Positions 28,420 to 38,957 of a stretch of DNA of 64,000 bases are shown in pieces. Origin of the DNA: Candidatus Moraniibacteriota bacterium (GTDB lineage Bacteria > Patescibacteriota > Minisyncoccia > Moranbacterales > UBA1568); the NCBI GenBank assembly GCA_016699975.1, contig CP064994.1, positions 129,222 through 193,221 on the forward strand, written 5' to 3'. How positions within the stretch are numbered: position 1 is the first letter of the stretch; each line of letters starts with the position of its first letter. A program made the position numbers and the translations under genes. The notes beneath the pieces were generated by a model that saw only the letters and a list, made by a program, of their open reading frames with translations, was not told the origin of the DNA and did no database searches.

Positions 28420-29497
28420 GGGAATAGAATTTTGAATTTAGTATCGGTTCGAGTATCGCTACCTTACCACCCTTTCGGACCAATTTCAAGCCTCGAAATG
28501 ACTTCTGACTCTCTTTATTTTTGTGTCCTTCAAAGAACTTTCGCATCTCTTCAACTTCGCTCCACGAGGGAGCGCGTCCGAGAGTGTCACGAGCTTTGAG
28601 AAGGTTTCGCAAAAAAATGCGCCGTACTCCCACGGGGGTGTCGAGGAATCGCGACTGGTCGATTGAGAGAGAATCTGTGGAGACAAAAGACGTTTCGTGA
28701 TGAAAAAATTTTTGTGTAAAGAAATCAAGCGCTTCAGCGTCGCTTTCGAGACAAAGAGCGCTTCGAGCCAATGTGCTGTGGATATTCGGGTTTAGTTTTT
28801 GAAGGACGGGGAGCAGTTCGTGGCGAATGCGGTTTCGAGCGAATCGCAGATCGGCGTTACTGGTGTCGATTCGAAACGGGATATGGTGTTTCTCAAGATA
28901 TTTTCGCAGTTTTTCTTTGGTCGTGAAGAGAAGGGGGCGGATGATTGTGGAATTTTTTGGTTTCATGCCTCGGAGACCCTCAAGACTCGCACCACGAATG
29001 AGTCGAAGGAGAACAGTTTCCGCTTGGTCGTCCTCGGTATGGCCGAGTGCAATCGAATGACAATCGTATTTTTCTCGAAGTTCTTCAAAAAAGCGGTATC
29101 GAATGGTTCGAAGAACTTCCTCGAGATTCCGCGTAGAGCGTTCTGGGGCATTTTCTTGTTCTTTCGTGCGAAGAACGGAAAGTGGAATGCCATATTTCTT
29201 CGTTTCTTCCCGAACAAGTTGCTCGTCCTCATCCGAGTCGGTGCCGCGAAGACCATAATTTACGTGAGCGACATGGAGCGTCAATCGGTACTTGGTGGCG
29301 AGCGATACCAAGAGGTGAAGCAGGGCTTTGCTGTCGGGCCCTCCCGAAACCGCGACGAGAATGCGGTCTCCTCGTCGCCACAACTCAAATCGGTTTGCCG
29401 TCGCTTCAATATTCTTGATGAGGGGGGGCATAGTTTGAAACAAGAGAGGGAAGAGGCGTGGTCTACTAGAGAGACGGTCGAGGCCATTGTGGACCAA
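28394..29497 (-). CDS. tilS: tRNA(Ile)-lysidine synthetase
   Basis: PP-loop ILVAVSGGPDSKALL. Sits immediately upstream of ftsH, the typical tilS-ftsH neighbourhood. Confidence 0.85.
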   Translation of the reverse strand: MVHNGLDRLSSRPRLFPLLFQTMPPLIKNIEATANRFELWRRGDRILVAVSGGPDSKALLHLLVSLATKYRLTLHVAHVNYGLRGTDSDEDEQLVREETKKYGIPLSVLRTKEQENAPERSTRNLEEVLRTIRYRFFEELREKYDCHSIALGHTEDDQAETVLLRLIRGASLEGLRGMKPKNSTIIRPLLFTTKEKLRKYLEKHHIPFRIDTSNADLRFARNRIRHELLPVLQKLNPNIHSTLARSALCLESDAEALDFFTQKFFHHETSFVSTDSLSIDQSRFLDTPVGVRRIFLRNLLKARDTLGRAPSWSEVEEMRKFFEGHKNKESQKSFRGLKLVRKGGKVAILEPILNSKFYSHEQTPQEY

Positions 29498-29986
29498 AGT
29501 GGTCTCATTTTAGTTATCAACGAGACAAAAATTGTCCGAAAGCGTCCCCAGCATTCGGAGATAAGAAAAGGGAGTTTCTCTCGCGCTCAATCACTCTTCC
29601 TGCTTTCGTAAACTCCCCGAACGTCCTTGAAAGACCCTTCATCATCTCAAGTTTGGCGTTGGTATGTCTCGAATATTTCGTCTCTTGTCGGAATACATGT
29701 ATTCATATTCTCGACTTTTTGCGTGTTCGGTCGAGAAATTCTTCCTGTCGCCTCAGCATTCTCTCTTTCACGAAGAATATGGATAGCGCCTGTTTCCCTT
29801 GAGTTTTAAAAAAGTGCGAAGGGAAGCGAACTATTTTTTTGCGAGAAGATGTTTTGTGACGAATTGTTTCCGAGTCCGTCTCTCCACTTCCCCATACCAT
29901 GCACACTCTTTCGAAGAGGAGAAGCTCAGCTTTTTTAAATTTCGCTTTGGAAAGCTCGAAGAGAAAGTTCTTCGAATGTAAGGGAT

Positions 29987-30561
29987 TTAGGCTGAGACTT
30001 TTTTCAGATACTCGACGAGAATAGCAGAGACGCGACTTACGGCTTCGTCCAAGTGGCCATCTTCGTTTTCTACAACGAAGTCGTAGAGATCGTGATGGGC
30101 TTCGTATTCCCGAGAGTAGGCCATCCGTTCGGCGAGAGAAGCCTCTGATCGTTCGGGATCGCGCCGCCGCAGGCGTGCTTCCAAAACCGAGGCTGGTGCG
30201 GTTATGAGAATTGCTGGCATGTCGGGGAACAGCGCTTTTATATTCCGGACGCCTTGCCAGTCAACCTTCCATATGCCCACTTTTCCCGAATGTCGAACGC
30301 GTTCCACTTCTTCTTGAGTAACGCCGTAATATTCGCCGCCATAGTGGCGCGCGTATTCGAGAAACGCTTTTTGCTTGCACTTCTCTTCAAAGACATCGCG
30401 CGTTACGAAATGGTAGGGATGTCCATTTGATTCACCAGGACGCGCGGGTCTTGTGGTCATGGTAATGACGCGCTCGATGGGGAGGGATTCGGCAAGTTTC
30501 TCGATAATCGAGTCTTGACCGGAACCCGAGGGCCAGAAATGAGAAATACAGGATATTCCAT
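29987..30561 (-). CDS. gmk: Guanylate kinase, with a 1-bp deletion separating the P-loop exon from the body
   Basis: ORF 29987..30460 reads TRPARPGESNGHPYHFVTRDVFEE…FLEYARHYGGEYYGV. Upstream in another frame: MEYPVFLISGP then SGSGQDSIIEKLAESLPIERVITMTTRPAR. The sequence reads GGCCCTCGGG where GGCCCTTCGGG is expected. Confidence 0.8.
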
Positions 30562-30603
30562 AAGCGCATGCTAGCGTGCTTTTGGCGGGGAATCAAGAAT
30601 TTT

Positions 30604-30656
30604 GAAAAAAAAACCCCCTCAACCGAGAGCTCCTTACGGGAGTTCGGATGAGGGGT
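30604..30656 (-). terminator. Rho-independent terminator after rpsA
   Basis: Minus-strand hairpin CCCCTCATCCGAACTCCCGTAAGGAGCTCTCGGTTGAGGGGG followed by T9. Confidence 0.65.
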
Positions 30657-31186
30657 GTGGTCCGCTGCACTGCAAGGCATTTCCTTTTGCTTTGCAGTGT
30701 ATTTTATCGATAGCGGGGAAGAGAAGTCCATTTCTCTTTTTTGTGGGGGTCCTTAATGAATGTGGATGCCCCCAATACTTCTCTCGAGATAGGAAGCCGT
30801 ATTTTACGGAGAATCCCTTGCATTCACAATGCACCTCCTAAAATCACTAAAATCAAAAAAAAGAAAAATTCTATTCTACTCTAGGAAACTCTAGAAAATT
30901 CCTCAATTAGATTTTTAAGGCGAGTCTCTCGCATTCATGATGCGCCTCCTATTTATATTTAAGAAGGGAAAATTGTTAAAGGTCTGGAACTCCTGTCGGA
31001 CTTCTGAGAAGGCTTTTTAAGCCCCATTCATTAATTCGACTTAGAGATACCAGCAGAAGAGAAAAATCTTGTCAATACCCGAAAAATAAAAGAGTACGTA
31101 TCTCAATTTTGAACGGAGAATAATAAAAATATCCCGTCTTCAAAAGGAAAGACGGGATATTTTATAAGATTTTGGTGAAAGTAAGG

Positions 31187-32602
31187 TTACTTTACCGGAA
31201 GAAGGCCCATTCGATGACTTTTCGGTTCCATTGAGAGAATTTTCCATTGGTATGTATTCCCGATTTGGAACACTTCTTCCATTTTGCGTCCCGGAAAAAC
31301 ATTTTGAAACTCGCTTACATAGGCAAGGCCATGAATATCTTTGTCGAGATAGACAAAGGCGCCGAAGTGGTTCATCTTGTCGACTTTTCCGGAGACAGTG
31401 TCGCCCACATGGTAGCGATCGGCAACGGAATTCCACGGATCGTCTTTGAGTGCTTTCATGGAAAGAGAAATGCGCGTATCTTCGATACCGATAACCTTTG
31501 CTTCGACATGATCACCAGTTTTGACGACGGTGCGCGGGTCGTCGATGAGTTGCCAGGCAAGTTCGGAGATGTGCACCAGTCCTTCAACGCGCTCTTTCTC
31601 ATTACCGGGAATGGGGAATTTCACGAAAGCGCCGAAATCTACAACTCCGCTTACTTCGCCCTCAATAACATCGCCGACCGAAAGCGAGGAGATAGCGGCA
31701 CGCTCTTTCTCGCTTCGTGCTGCTTTTTCACTCACGATCAATTTTTCATTCAGGCGGTCGATATCGAGAATGCGAACACGAAGTTCGAGGCCGATCAAGC
31801 GTTTGAGAAGCTCCAGAATCTTATTCTTGTCGCCATCCTCGACGCGAGGATAGTGGTCGCTCGCGAGTTGCGAGACGGGCAAGAAGCCGGGAACGCCGTT
31901 TACTTCAATCATGAGACCTCCCTTATTCGCTTCGAGAACTTTGGTTGGCACAACGTCTTTGTTTACGAGTTTCGCTTCGATATCTTCCCATGATTTTTCG
32001 TAAGAAGCGGCACGAATGGAAAGCTCTATAGAGCCTTCATCGTTTTCGAGTGAAAGGAGTGTTGCACTTACTTTGTCGCCGAATTTCATTTTGACGCCGC
32101 CTGCAAGCCCATCTTTCATTTCTTTGCCAAGCACGATCCCCGTCCCGATGGGACCGAGGTCAATAAGAGCGAAATTGGACCCCACTTCGATAACGGTGCC
32201 CTGAAGAACATCTCCTATTGATGGAATTTCGAGCGGATTTTGAGCCAAAAGGCGACCCATTTCGGAATCATCCACCATCTCTTCTTCCACGAGGGATATC
32301 TTTGCTGGCTTTTCTTTTTTGGCACCTTTTTTTTCCTCCATCTTTTCGCTTGGGAGGGGAGAAGGGGCTTCTTCCTCGGAAGAAGATCCCGAATCGTTCA
32401 GAAGGGATTCGTTTTCAGGGGCTTCTTTTGTGAGGGCATCTTTCTTTTTGGAGGGAGCTTTTTTAACAGATTTCGTGGCTTTTTTGACGGATTTTTTCTC
32501 TTCTTCCTCCCCCTTACTTTTCCCAGACGTCTTTGTGGTTTTGGAGGAATGGAGTGCGAGCGTCTCGTCAAGGAGGGAACTCAATGTTTTCTTAAGAGAC
32601 AT
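31187..32602 (-). CDS. rpsA: 30S ribosomal protein S1, with multiple S1 domains and a K/E-rich N-terminal extension
   Basis: Repeated S1 OB-fold signatures (…GTVIEVGSNFALIDLGPIGTGIVLGKEM…, …GEVSGVVDFGAFVKF…, …GKVDKMNHFGAFVYL…). Confidence 0.8.
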   Translation of the reverse strand: MSLKKTLSSLLDETLALHSSKTTKTSGKSKGEEEEKKSVKKATKSVKKAPSKKKDALTKEAPENESLLNDSGSSSEEEAPSPLPSEKMEEKKGAKKEKPAKISLVEEEMVDDSEMGRLLAQNPLEIPSIGDVLQGTVIEVGSNFALIDLGPIGTGIVLGKEMKDGLAGGVKMKFGDKVSATLLSLENDEGSIELSIRAASYEKSWEDIEAKLVNKDVVPTKVLEANKGGLMIEVNGVPGFLPVSQLASDHYPRVEDGDKNKILELLKRLIGLELRVRILDIDRLNEKLIVSEKAARSEKERAAISSLSVGDVIEGEVSGVVDFGAFVKFPIPGNEKERVEGLVHISELAWQLIDDPRTVVKTGDHVEAKVIGIEDTRISLSMKALKDDPWNSVADRYHVGDTVSGKVDKMNHFGAFVYLDKDIHGLAYVSEFQNVFPGRKMEEVFQIGNTYQWKILSMEPKSHRMGLLPVK

Positions 32603-32929
32603 ATGGTGGGGCTCAGGCGGCGACCGGCGCAGAAGAGTCGCTTTCTAAAAATTAATATGCGCACAAAAACATTCAGGCCATTCGGCCTGGAATTCTTGGA
32701 GTGTACGTGGAGAAAGAGAAATTGTCAAAAAGCGTGTGGCATTTTTTCTACGAGCACGCTTTCTCCTCATACTTCACAAAACGCCCGAAAATTCCCCCTC
32801 GTTTGAAAGTTTTTTGAACTTCATCTTTGAAAAGTCCCGTCCCCCTCGTTCCTTCTTTGGAAATACTTTATCATTTCTATCTTGTTCTGACCCGAGTGTT
32901 CCTGGGCAGAGCTCTTTTTCTCACCCCCT

Positions 32930-33934
32930 TTATTTTCTTTGGGAAGCTGCTCGGAATCGTTCTACTATCATCTGGAAGTCTTGAGGAAGCGAAGAGGAAA
33001 AGGTGTAAGACGTTTCAAAAAACGTGAATGAGAGTTTCTGGGCATGAAGGAGATGCCTTGGAACTTTATTTTTTTTCGAGAATGCTTTGGATCCCTTTGA
33101 GGCATAGAGTGTATCACCGAGGACGGGGTGTCCGATCGAGGCCAAGTGCACGCGAATTTGATGCGTGCGCCCCGTGTGGGGGCGTGCCTCGATGAGGGAA
33201 GCGTTCGAAAATGTTTCAAGAACCGTGTACTCGGTTTCCGCTTCTCGTATGACTCCTTTCGTACGGCGCCCGGGCAGTACTGCTTGTTGGCGATTGCCTC
33301 TGGAAGATCGGGCGAGTGGTGTCGTTATACTTTCGGAGTGTTCTGCGGGGTGTCCGAAAACGAGTGCGAGATAAGTTTTTTGAATCAAGCGATCGTGAAA
33401 AATTCGTTTCAGTGCCTCTTGTGCGGCTTGGTTTTTTGCGACGAGAAGAAGTCCCGAGGTCTCTTTGTCGAGGCGGTGCACAATGCCTGGTCGTTCCGAA
33501 TTATTGTGCTCAAAAAAAGCCTTGTTCGAATGGGAGGCGACCCAATTTGAAATGGTGTCCTCGTGCTTGGTGGTGGAGGGGTGAACTTGGATGCCGGCCG
33601 GCTTTTCGAGAACCCAGAAGTCGTCAGTTTGTGCCTGTATTTGAATGGGAATGGATAACTGATTGAGAGAAATAAGTTGAGCCATTTCCGGAGCAAATTT
33701 TTTAGGAGCAATGAAGAGTGACATTTTTTCCCGGACAAGCGTGTGTGGCGCGAGTCTACCCGATGGACTGGTAATAGCACCTTCTTTTATGGCGCGCTGT
33801 ATCTCGGCGCGGCTCAATTTTCTTCCCACGATGTTTTGGAATTCTTGCGAGTGAGCCAAAAACTGATCCACCCTTTTTCCCATATGCAGGGTAGTCGGAG
33901 TAATAACAGACGTATTTTTGGAGAAAGTGTCCAT
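32930..33934 (-). CDS. RluA-family 23S rRNA pseudouridine synthase (RluD-like), with an S4-like N-terminus
   Basis: HRLDKETSGLLLVAKN catalytic Asp motif; …GRTHQIRVHLASIGHPVLGD…. Confidence 0.85.
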   Translation of the reverse strand: MDTFSKNTSVITPTTLHMGKRVDQFLAHSQEFQNIVGRKLSRAEIQRAIKEGAITSPSGRLAPHTLVREKMSLFIAPKKFAPEMAQLISLNQLSIPIQIQAQTDDFWVLEKPAGIQVHPSTTKHEDTISNWVASHSNKAFFEHNNSERPGIVHRLDKETSGLLLVAKNQAAQEALKRIFHDRLIQKTYLALVFGHPAEHSESITTPLARSSRGNRQQAVLPGRRTKGVIREAETEYTVLETFSNASLIEARPHTGRTHQIRVHLASIGHPVLGDTLYASKGSKAFSKKNKVPRHLLHAQKLSFTFFETSYTFSSSLPQDFQMIVERFRAASQRK

Positions 33935-34182
33935 TGTGATTTGATATGAGGAGCGGACAGTTGACAGTGAAAAATACGAACTTTATCATGGACGAACGGC
34001 GTGACCAAAGAAAAATTTTTCAAACATTTTTCTCGCATTATTCCAGACTCTTTTCTTTTCTCGCTCTTCGAAGACATTAGTTTCGTAGCAATCGTTTTCG
34101 CGGAGAGGTTTTTGAGTGGAGAAATAGACGAGTCGCGTCCAGTTTTACCCTGTTATTTATAGACATAATCGAATTCTACTAT

Positions 34183-34857
34183 ATGAATACTCATGAAAAA
34201 TGCGAGTCAGCATGCGAATGTGAAGAGGAGAAAGAGTGTTGCGGTGGAGGGTGTTGCGACCCCTGTGAAAATGAGGCGGACTCTTTTGAATACGGTATCT
34301 CGATAGGAGAGAAAATGCCGGATTTTAAGTTGACACTGTACCACGAAGACAAAATTGTGGAAAGCCGTATCTCTCACTATAGAGGAAAATGGATGGTACT
34401 TTTCTTTTATCCGGCAGACTTTACGTTTGTATGTCCTACAGAACTTGAAGATCTGGCCGATCATTACGAAGAGTTCCAAAAACTCAATACCGAGGTCTTC
34501 GGCGTGAGTACCGATACGGTGTATGTGCACAAAGCGTGGCACGATCATTCGCCGGCAATTGCAAAGGTTCGCTATCCCCTGGTTGCCGATCGGAGCGCTC
34601 GGCTTGCGCAATTTTGCGGAGTATATCTCGAAGAAGAGGGAGTGGCGCTTCGGGGAACCTTTCTTCTTGATCCCGATGGGGTTCTTCAGGCATATGAAGT
34701 GAATTCAAATAGTGTGGGACGATCAGCGGGAGAGCTTCTTCGAAAGCTTCAGGCGGCTCAGTTTGTCCGAGAGCATGGCGGTGAAGTGTGCCCTGCAAAA
34801 TGGAAACCGGGGGAGAAAACGCTGAAGCCCGGTCTTGATTTGGTGGGAAAACTCTAG
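34183..34857 (+). CDS. Peroxiredoxin (AhpC/TSA family, 2-Cys type) with a cysteine-rich N-terminal extension
   Basis: Core FFYPADFTFVCPTELEDLADHYEEF with peroxidatic Cys, and a resolving Cys near the C-terminus (EVCPAKW). The first 30 or so residues, CESACECEEEKECCGGGCCDPCENE, hold 9 Cys. Confidence 0.85.
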   Translation: MNTHEKCESACECEEEKECCGGGCCDPCENEADSFEYGISIGEKMPDFKLTLYHEDKIVESRISHYRGKWMVLFFYPADFTFVCPTELEDLADHYEEFQKLNTEVFGVSTDTVYVHKAWHDHSPAIAKVRYPLVADRSARLAQFCGVYLEEEGVALRGTFLLDPDGVLQAYEVNSNSVGRSAGELLRKLQAAQFVREHGGEVCPAKWKPGEKTLKPGLDLVGKL

Positions 34858-35269
34858 TTCTCGAGCATTCTGTTTGCGAGTTCCTCTTCCCTGTATTGCC
34901 GGAGTGAGTGTGACAGTGATTCCTTTCGGTTCAAGTGGCCGATTGATTATTTGATTATTATCGTGTTCGGTCAGGATTCTTTCGAAGGTCTTTGTAGGAG
35001 GGATCACCAGAGTCTTGAAATCCTCGTTCTCCAATTCTCTGCTGGAATGAGAGGAGCTGTTCGAGACTCGCTACAGTTTTAAGAGCATTCTGAGTGGAGG
35101 GTAAAACAGATGGGTTCTGAAAGATGTTCGCTCAGGATCCTCTGATAAGAGAAAAGGAGACATATTGTTCCAAAAAATCGAATTCTTTTATTCTCGGAAA
35201 AAATTTGAAAACATGTATTTCGTGAGGAAGTGAAAGCATTGTCCCCCTTTAATACACCAAGAAAATTCT

Positions 35270-35875
35270 ATGAGCGATATCTATAAGCCGAAAGACTTCC
35301 GAGGGCTTCTTGGCACATCGGGGATGAGCGAAGCTCTTCTCACGAACCATTTCACCCTCTATGAAGGGTATGTAAAAAATACCAACGCGCTTCTCGATCT
35401 TTTGCAGACAAAAGAAGTTGGTACTCCCGAATATGCCGAACTCAAAAGGCGATTCGGATGGGAATGGAATGGGATGCGGCTTCATGAATATTATTTCGGC
35501 AATCTTTCGCCTTCTCCGAAAGGAAGGGATGGGGGAGATCTACTTGCCGCTTCTCTCAAAAAAGACTTCGGAAGTTTCGAGGCCTGGGAAAAAGATTTCC
35601 GGGGAGTTGGTGCGATGCGCGGGATTGGCTGGACAATACTGAGCTATGATCCAGTCGCCGGGCGACTTTTTAATGGATGGGTGAATGAGCATGATGGGGG
35701 ACACCTTTCAGGAAGCATTCCTCTTCTTGTGCTGGATGTATTCGAACATGCTTTTATGCTTGACTATGGGCTGAAGCGCGCAGAATATATTGAGACTTTC
35801 TTTCGTGCGATCGATTGGGAAGTAGTATCGAAGCGTTTCGACGAGGTTTCAAAAAATGAAAATAAATCTTCTTAA
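35270..35875 (+). CDS. Fe/Mn superoxide dismutase
   Basis: N-terminal HxxxH helix region and C-terminal DVFEHAFMLDY metal ligands. Confidence 0.9.
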   Translation: MSDIYKPKDFRGLLGTSGMSEALLTNHFTLYEGYVKNTNALLDLLQTKEVGTPEYAELKRRFGWEWNGMRLHEYYFGNLSPSPKGRDGGDLLAASLKKDFGSFEAWEKDFRGVGAMRGIGWTILSYDPVAGRLFNGWVNEHDGGHLSGSIPLLVLDVFEHAFMLDYGLKRAEYIETFFRAIDWEVVSKRFDEVSKNENKSS

Positions 35876-36109
35876 AAATTGTTTTTGATTCGGAGTGCGA
35901 GTCTTGCTTCGTTTTATTGCACTCGTTCTTTGGATCGTGATGAAAGCGAGAGGATCATTGGTTTGTGCGGTGTGAAAACGTTGTTTCTTTGCGGAAGGAG
36001 TGGCGGGGGTTAACGAAATTTGTTGGGAATACTTGAGAATCGGCTCTGCCGAGGAGCTCTTTTTCGCTCTCCAAAATAAGTGAACAGGGGAATACTTTCT
36101 TTTTTCAAT

Positions 36110-38957
36110 ATGCCTACCATTCAGAAAATCAAGAAGCGAAACGGTGACGTCGTGGATTTTGACATGTCAAAAATAGAGCGAGCGGTGCGCGCCGCATTTA
36201 TCGAGGTGAGGGGAGCGGTTGACAGCGCGCCGATCAAAACGGTGGGCACATCGGTAACCGAGAAGCTCTCTCGAATTTTCGGATCGGACTCCATCGGTCG
36301 AGAATGTGCAAGATTTCGTCGAGAAAGAACTTATGGCAAGCGGACTTTTCGATGTTGCGAAAGCTTACATTATTTATCGTTACGAACACGCCAAAATTCG
36401 GGAGGAAAAAAAGAAGGAGATTGCGAGAAAGATAGAAGAGCACGAACTGTCCGTTACGAAGCGCTCAGGGAAACGCGAAGTGTTCTCGATCGACAAGATT
36501 CGCCGTACGCTCGGCTATCATGTGCTCGGGATTGAGTCGGACATTGATATCGACGCGATTCTCAAGCAATGTCGGCTCGAAGTTTACGATGGTATCACGA
36601 CGCGAGAAGTGGCTCGGGTCGTTACCATGATTACGCGCTCCATGATCGAGCGAGACCCTGCGTATTCGAAGCTCGCCGCGCGACTTCTTCTCGACCGACT
36701 GTACCGAGACGTTTTGGGCGCCGACATTACCAAGGAAACCTTTGCCGAACGTCATCGGGAAGTTTTCAAACGAAATATCATGTGGGGTGTGCGCGAAGGA
36801 GTGTTTGATCCGCGTATGCTCGCTTTTGACTTGGAGGCGCTTTCCGGAATTTTTTCACTTGAAAACGATGCCCTCTTCGAATATATGGGTCTCGAAATTC
36901 TTTCATCTCGCTATCTTTTGGAAGATCCTCACACCAAAATGCCACTCGAGACGCCGCAAATGCTGTGGATGAGAATTGCGATGGGCACTGCCCTTCCGGA
37001 GCCAAAGGAGATTCGCGACCGAGTTGCGAAGGATTTCTATTGGGTGCTCTCCTCGTTTCTGTATACGCCTGGAGGACGAACACTTTTCCAGGCAGGCATG
37101 ATAAAGGCGCAACTCTCAAATTGTTTCCTCAATGTGGTGCCGGATTCCCTCGATCTCATTTTCAAAACCTATTCCGACAATGCGCAACTTCTCAAATGGA
37201 GTGGTGGTACCGGTACTTCATGGACGCCAGTTCGAGCGACAGGATCATTCATAAAAGGTACGGGTGTTGGGAGCCAGGGAGTGGTACCGTTTCTCAAAAT
37301 CGCCAACGATGTCAATGTTTCTATTAACCGCAGCGGGAAGCGTCGCGGTGCCGGGTGTGTGTATCTCGAAACCTGGCACTACGATATCGAGGATTTTCTG
37401 GAACTCAGAAAAAATACGGGTGACGAGCGCCGCCGAACGCATGATATCGATACGGCAAGCTGGATTCCCGATTTGTTTATGAAGCGTGTGCGCGATGGAA
37501 AAGACTGGACACTTTTCTCGCCTGACGAGACGCCGGATCTTCATGAGCTCTATGGCCGAGACTTTGAGGCCCGGTATGAGGAGTACGAGCGTCGAGCGGA
37601 TGCCGGAACCATACAGCTTTTTCGGCGAGTTTCTGCGAAGGATCTCTGGAAAAAGATGCTCATCATGCTTTTTGAGACGGGCCACCCGTGGATTACCTGG
37701 AAAGATCCGTCCAACGTTCGCTCGCCGCAAGACCATGTCGGAGTTGTTCATTCTTCGAACCTTTGTACAGAAATTACCCTGAACACTTCTCCCGATGAAA
37801 CAGCGGTGTGTAATTTAGGATCGCTCAACTTTGCGAAACTCATCCGAAATGGTGCTTTTGATCGGGAACTCGTTTCGAAGGTGACGAAAATCGCAGTTCG
37901 CATGCTCGATAACGTGATCGATATCAATTACTACCCGATTCCCGAAGCGAAACGTTCCAACCTGAAACACCGACCGCTTGGTCTTGGCATTCGCGGTTAT
38001 CATGATGCGCTCTACCTCCTTGGCATCAACTTTGACTCTGCGGAAGCGCTCGATTTTGCCGACGAGTCGATGGAGCTCGTTTCATATGAAGCAATTCTCG
38101 CTTCATCAGAGCTCGCTCGAGAACGCGGCGCTTATCAGAGCTTTAAAGGATCCAAGTGGGCGCGCGGCATTTTCCCACAGGACACCATTGATCTTTTGGA
38201 AAAAGAGCGCGGCGAATCAATTCCGCTTCCCCGGGAAGGAAAACTTGACTGGACTCCTGTTCGTGAACACGTGAAGCGCTACGGCATGAGAAATTCCAAT
38301 ATTCTCGCAATCGCACCAACTGCGAGTACGGCAAATCTGGTCGGGTGTGTACCGTGTGTCGAACCCATGTATAAAAATATCTATGTGAAATCCAACAAAG
38401 AAGGTGACTTTGTGGTGGTCAATACCTACTTGGTGAATGACCTCAAGAAGCTTGGGCTCTGGACGCGTGATATGTTGAACCAACTTAAATTTAACGATGG
38501 GAGTATTCAGAATATCAAAGGCATCCCTGCAAACATGAAAGAAAAATACAAGGAAGTATTCGAAATTTCCGCTTCGTGGCTTGTAGAAGCAGCTGCGCGT
38601 CGCGGAAAATGGATTGACCAGTCTCAATCATTGAATATTTTCTTCCGCAGTGTCTCGGGACGGGAACTTTCAGAAATTTACTTCCGTGCATGGGAGCTTG
38701 GGCTCAAAACAACCTACTACCTCCGCACCCTCGGCGCCTCTCAGGTGGAAAAATCAACGGTCTCGACGGCGGAATATGGCTCCACCCACACGAGGAAGTC
38801 GCACGAAGAAAGCGTGAATGCGTCAGCTTCTTCATCGCAAGAAACGCCGCCTGCCGCAACCGAAGAAGCGCAAAGGAGTGTGTCCGGAAGTCTCGAAACT
38901 TCTGAACCGAAACTCTGTCGCATCAATGATCCGGACTGCGAATCGTGCCAAGGATAG
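36110..38957 (+). CDS. nrdA: Ribonucleoside-diphosphate reductase alpha subunit (class I NrdA), with an apparent frameshift inside the ATP-cone
   Basis: ORF 36080..36535 reads MPTIQKIKKRNGDVVDFDMSKIERAV (ATP-cone). ORF 36306..38957 continues VQDFVEKELMASGLFDVAKAYIIYR and the catalytic body, including NLCTEI and the C-terminal CxxC tail. The frames switch near 36290-36305. Confidence 0.9.

Noticed and set aside
29498-29986. Non-coding gap of about 490 bp between tilS and gmk, where an hpt gene often sits
   Set aside because: Only short overlapping ORFs without motifs were found. No coding remnant could be supported by eye, so it is left unannotated.
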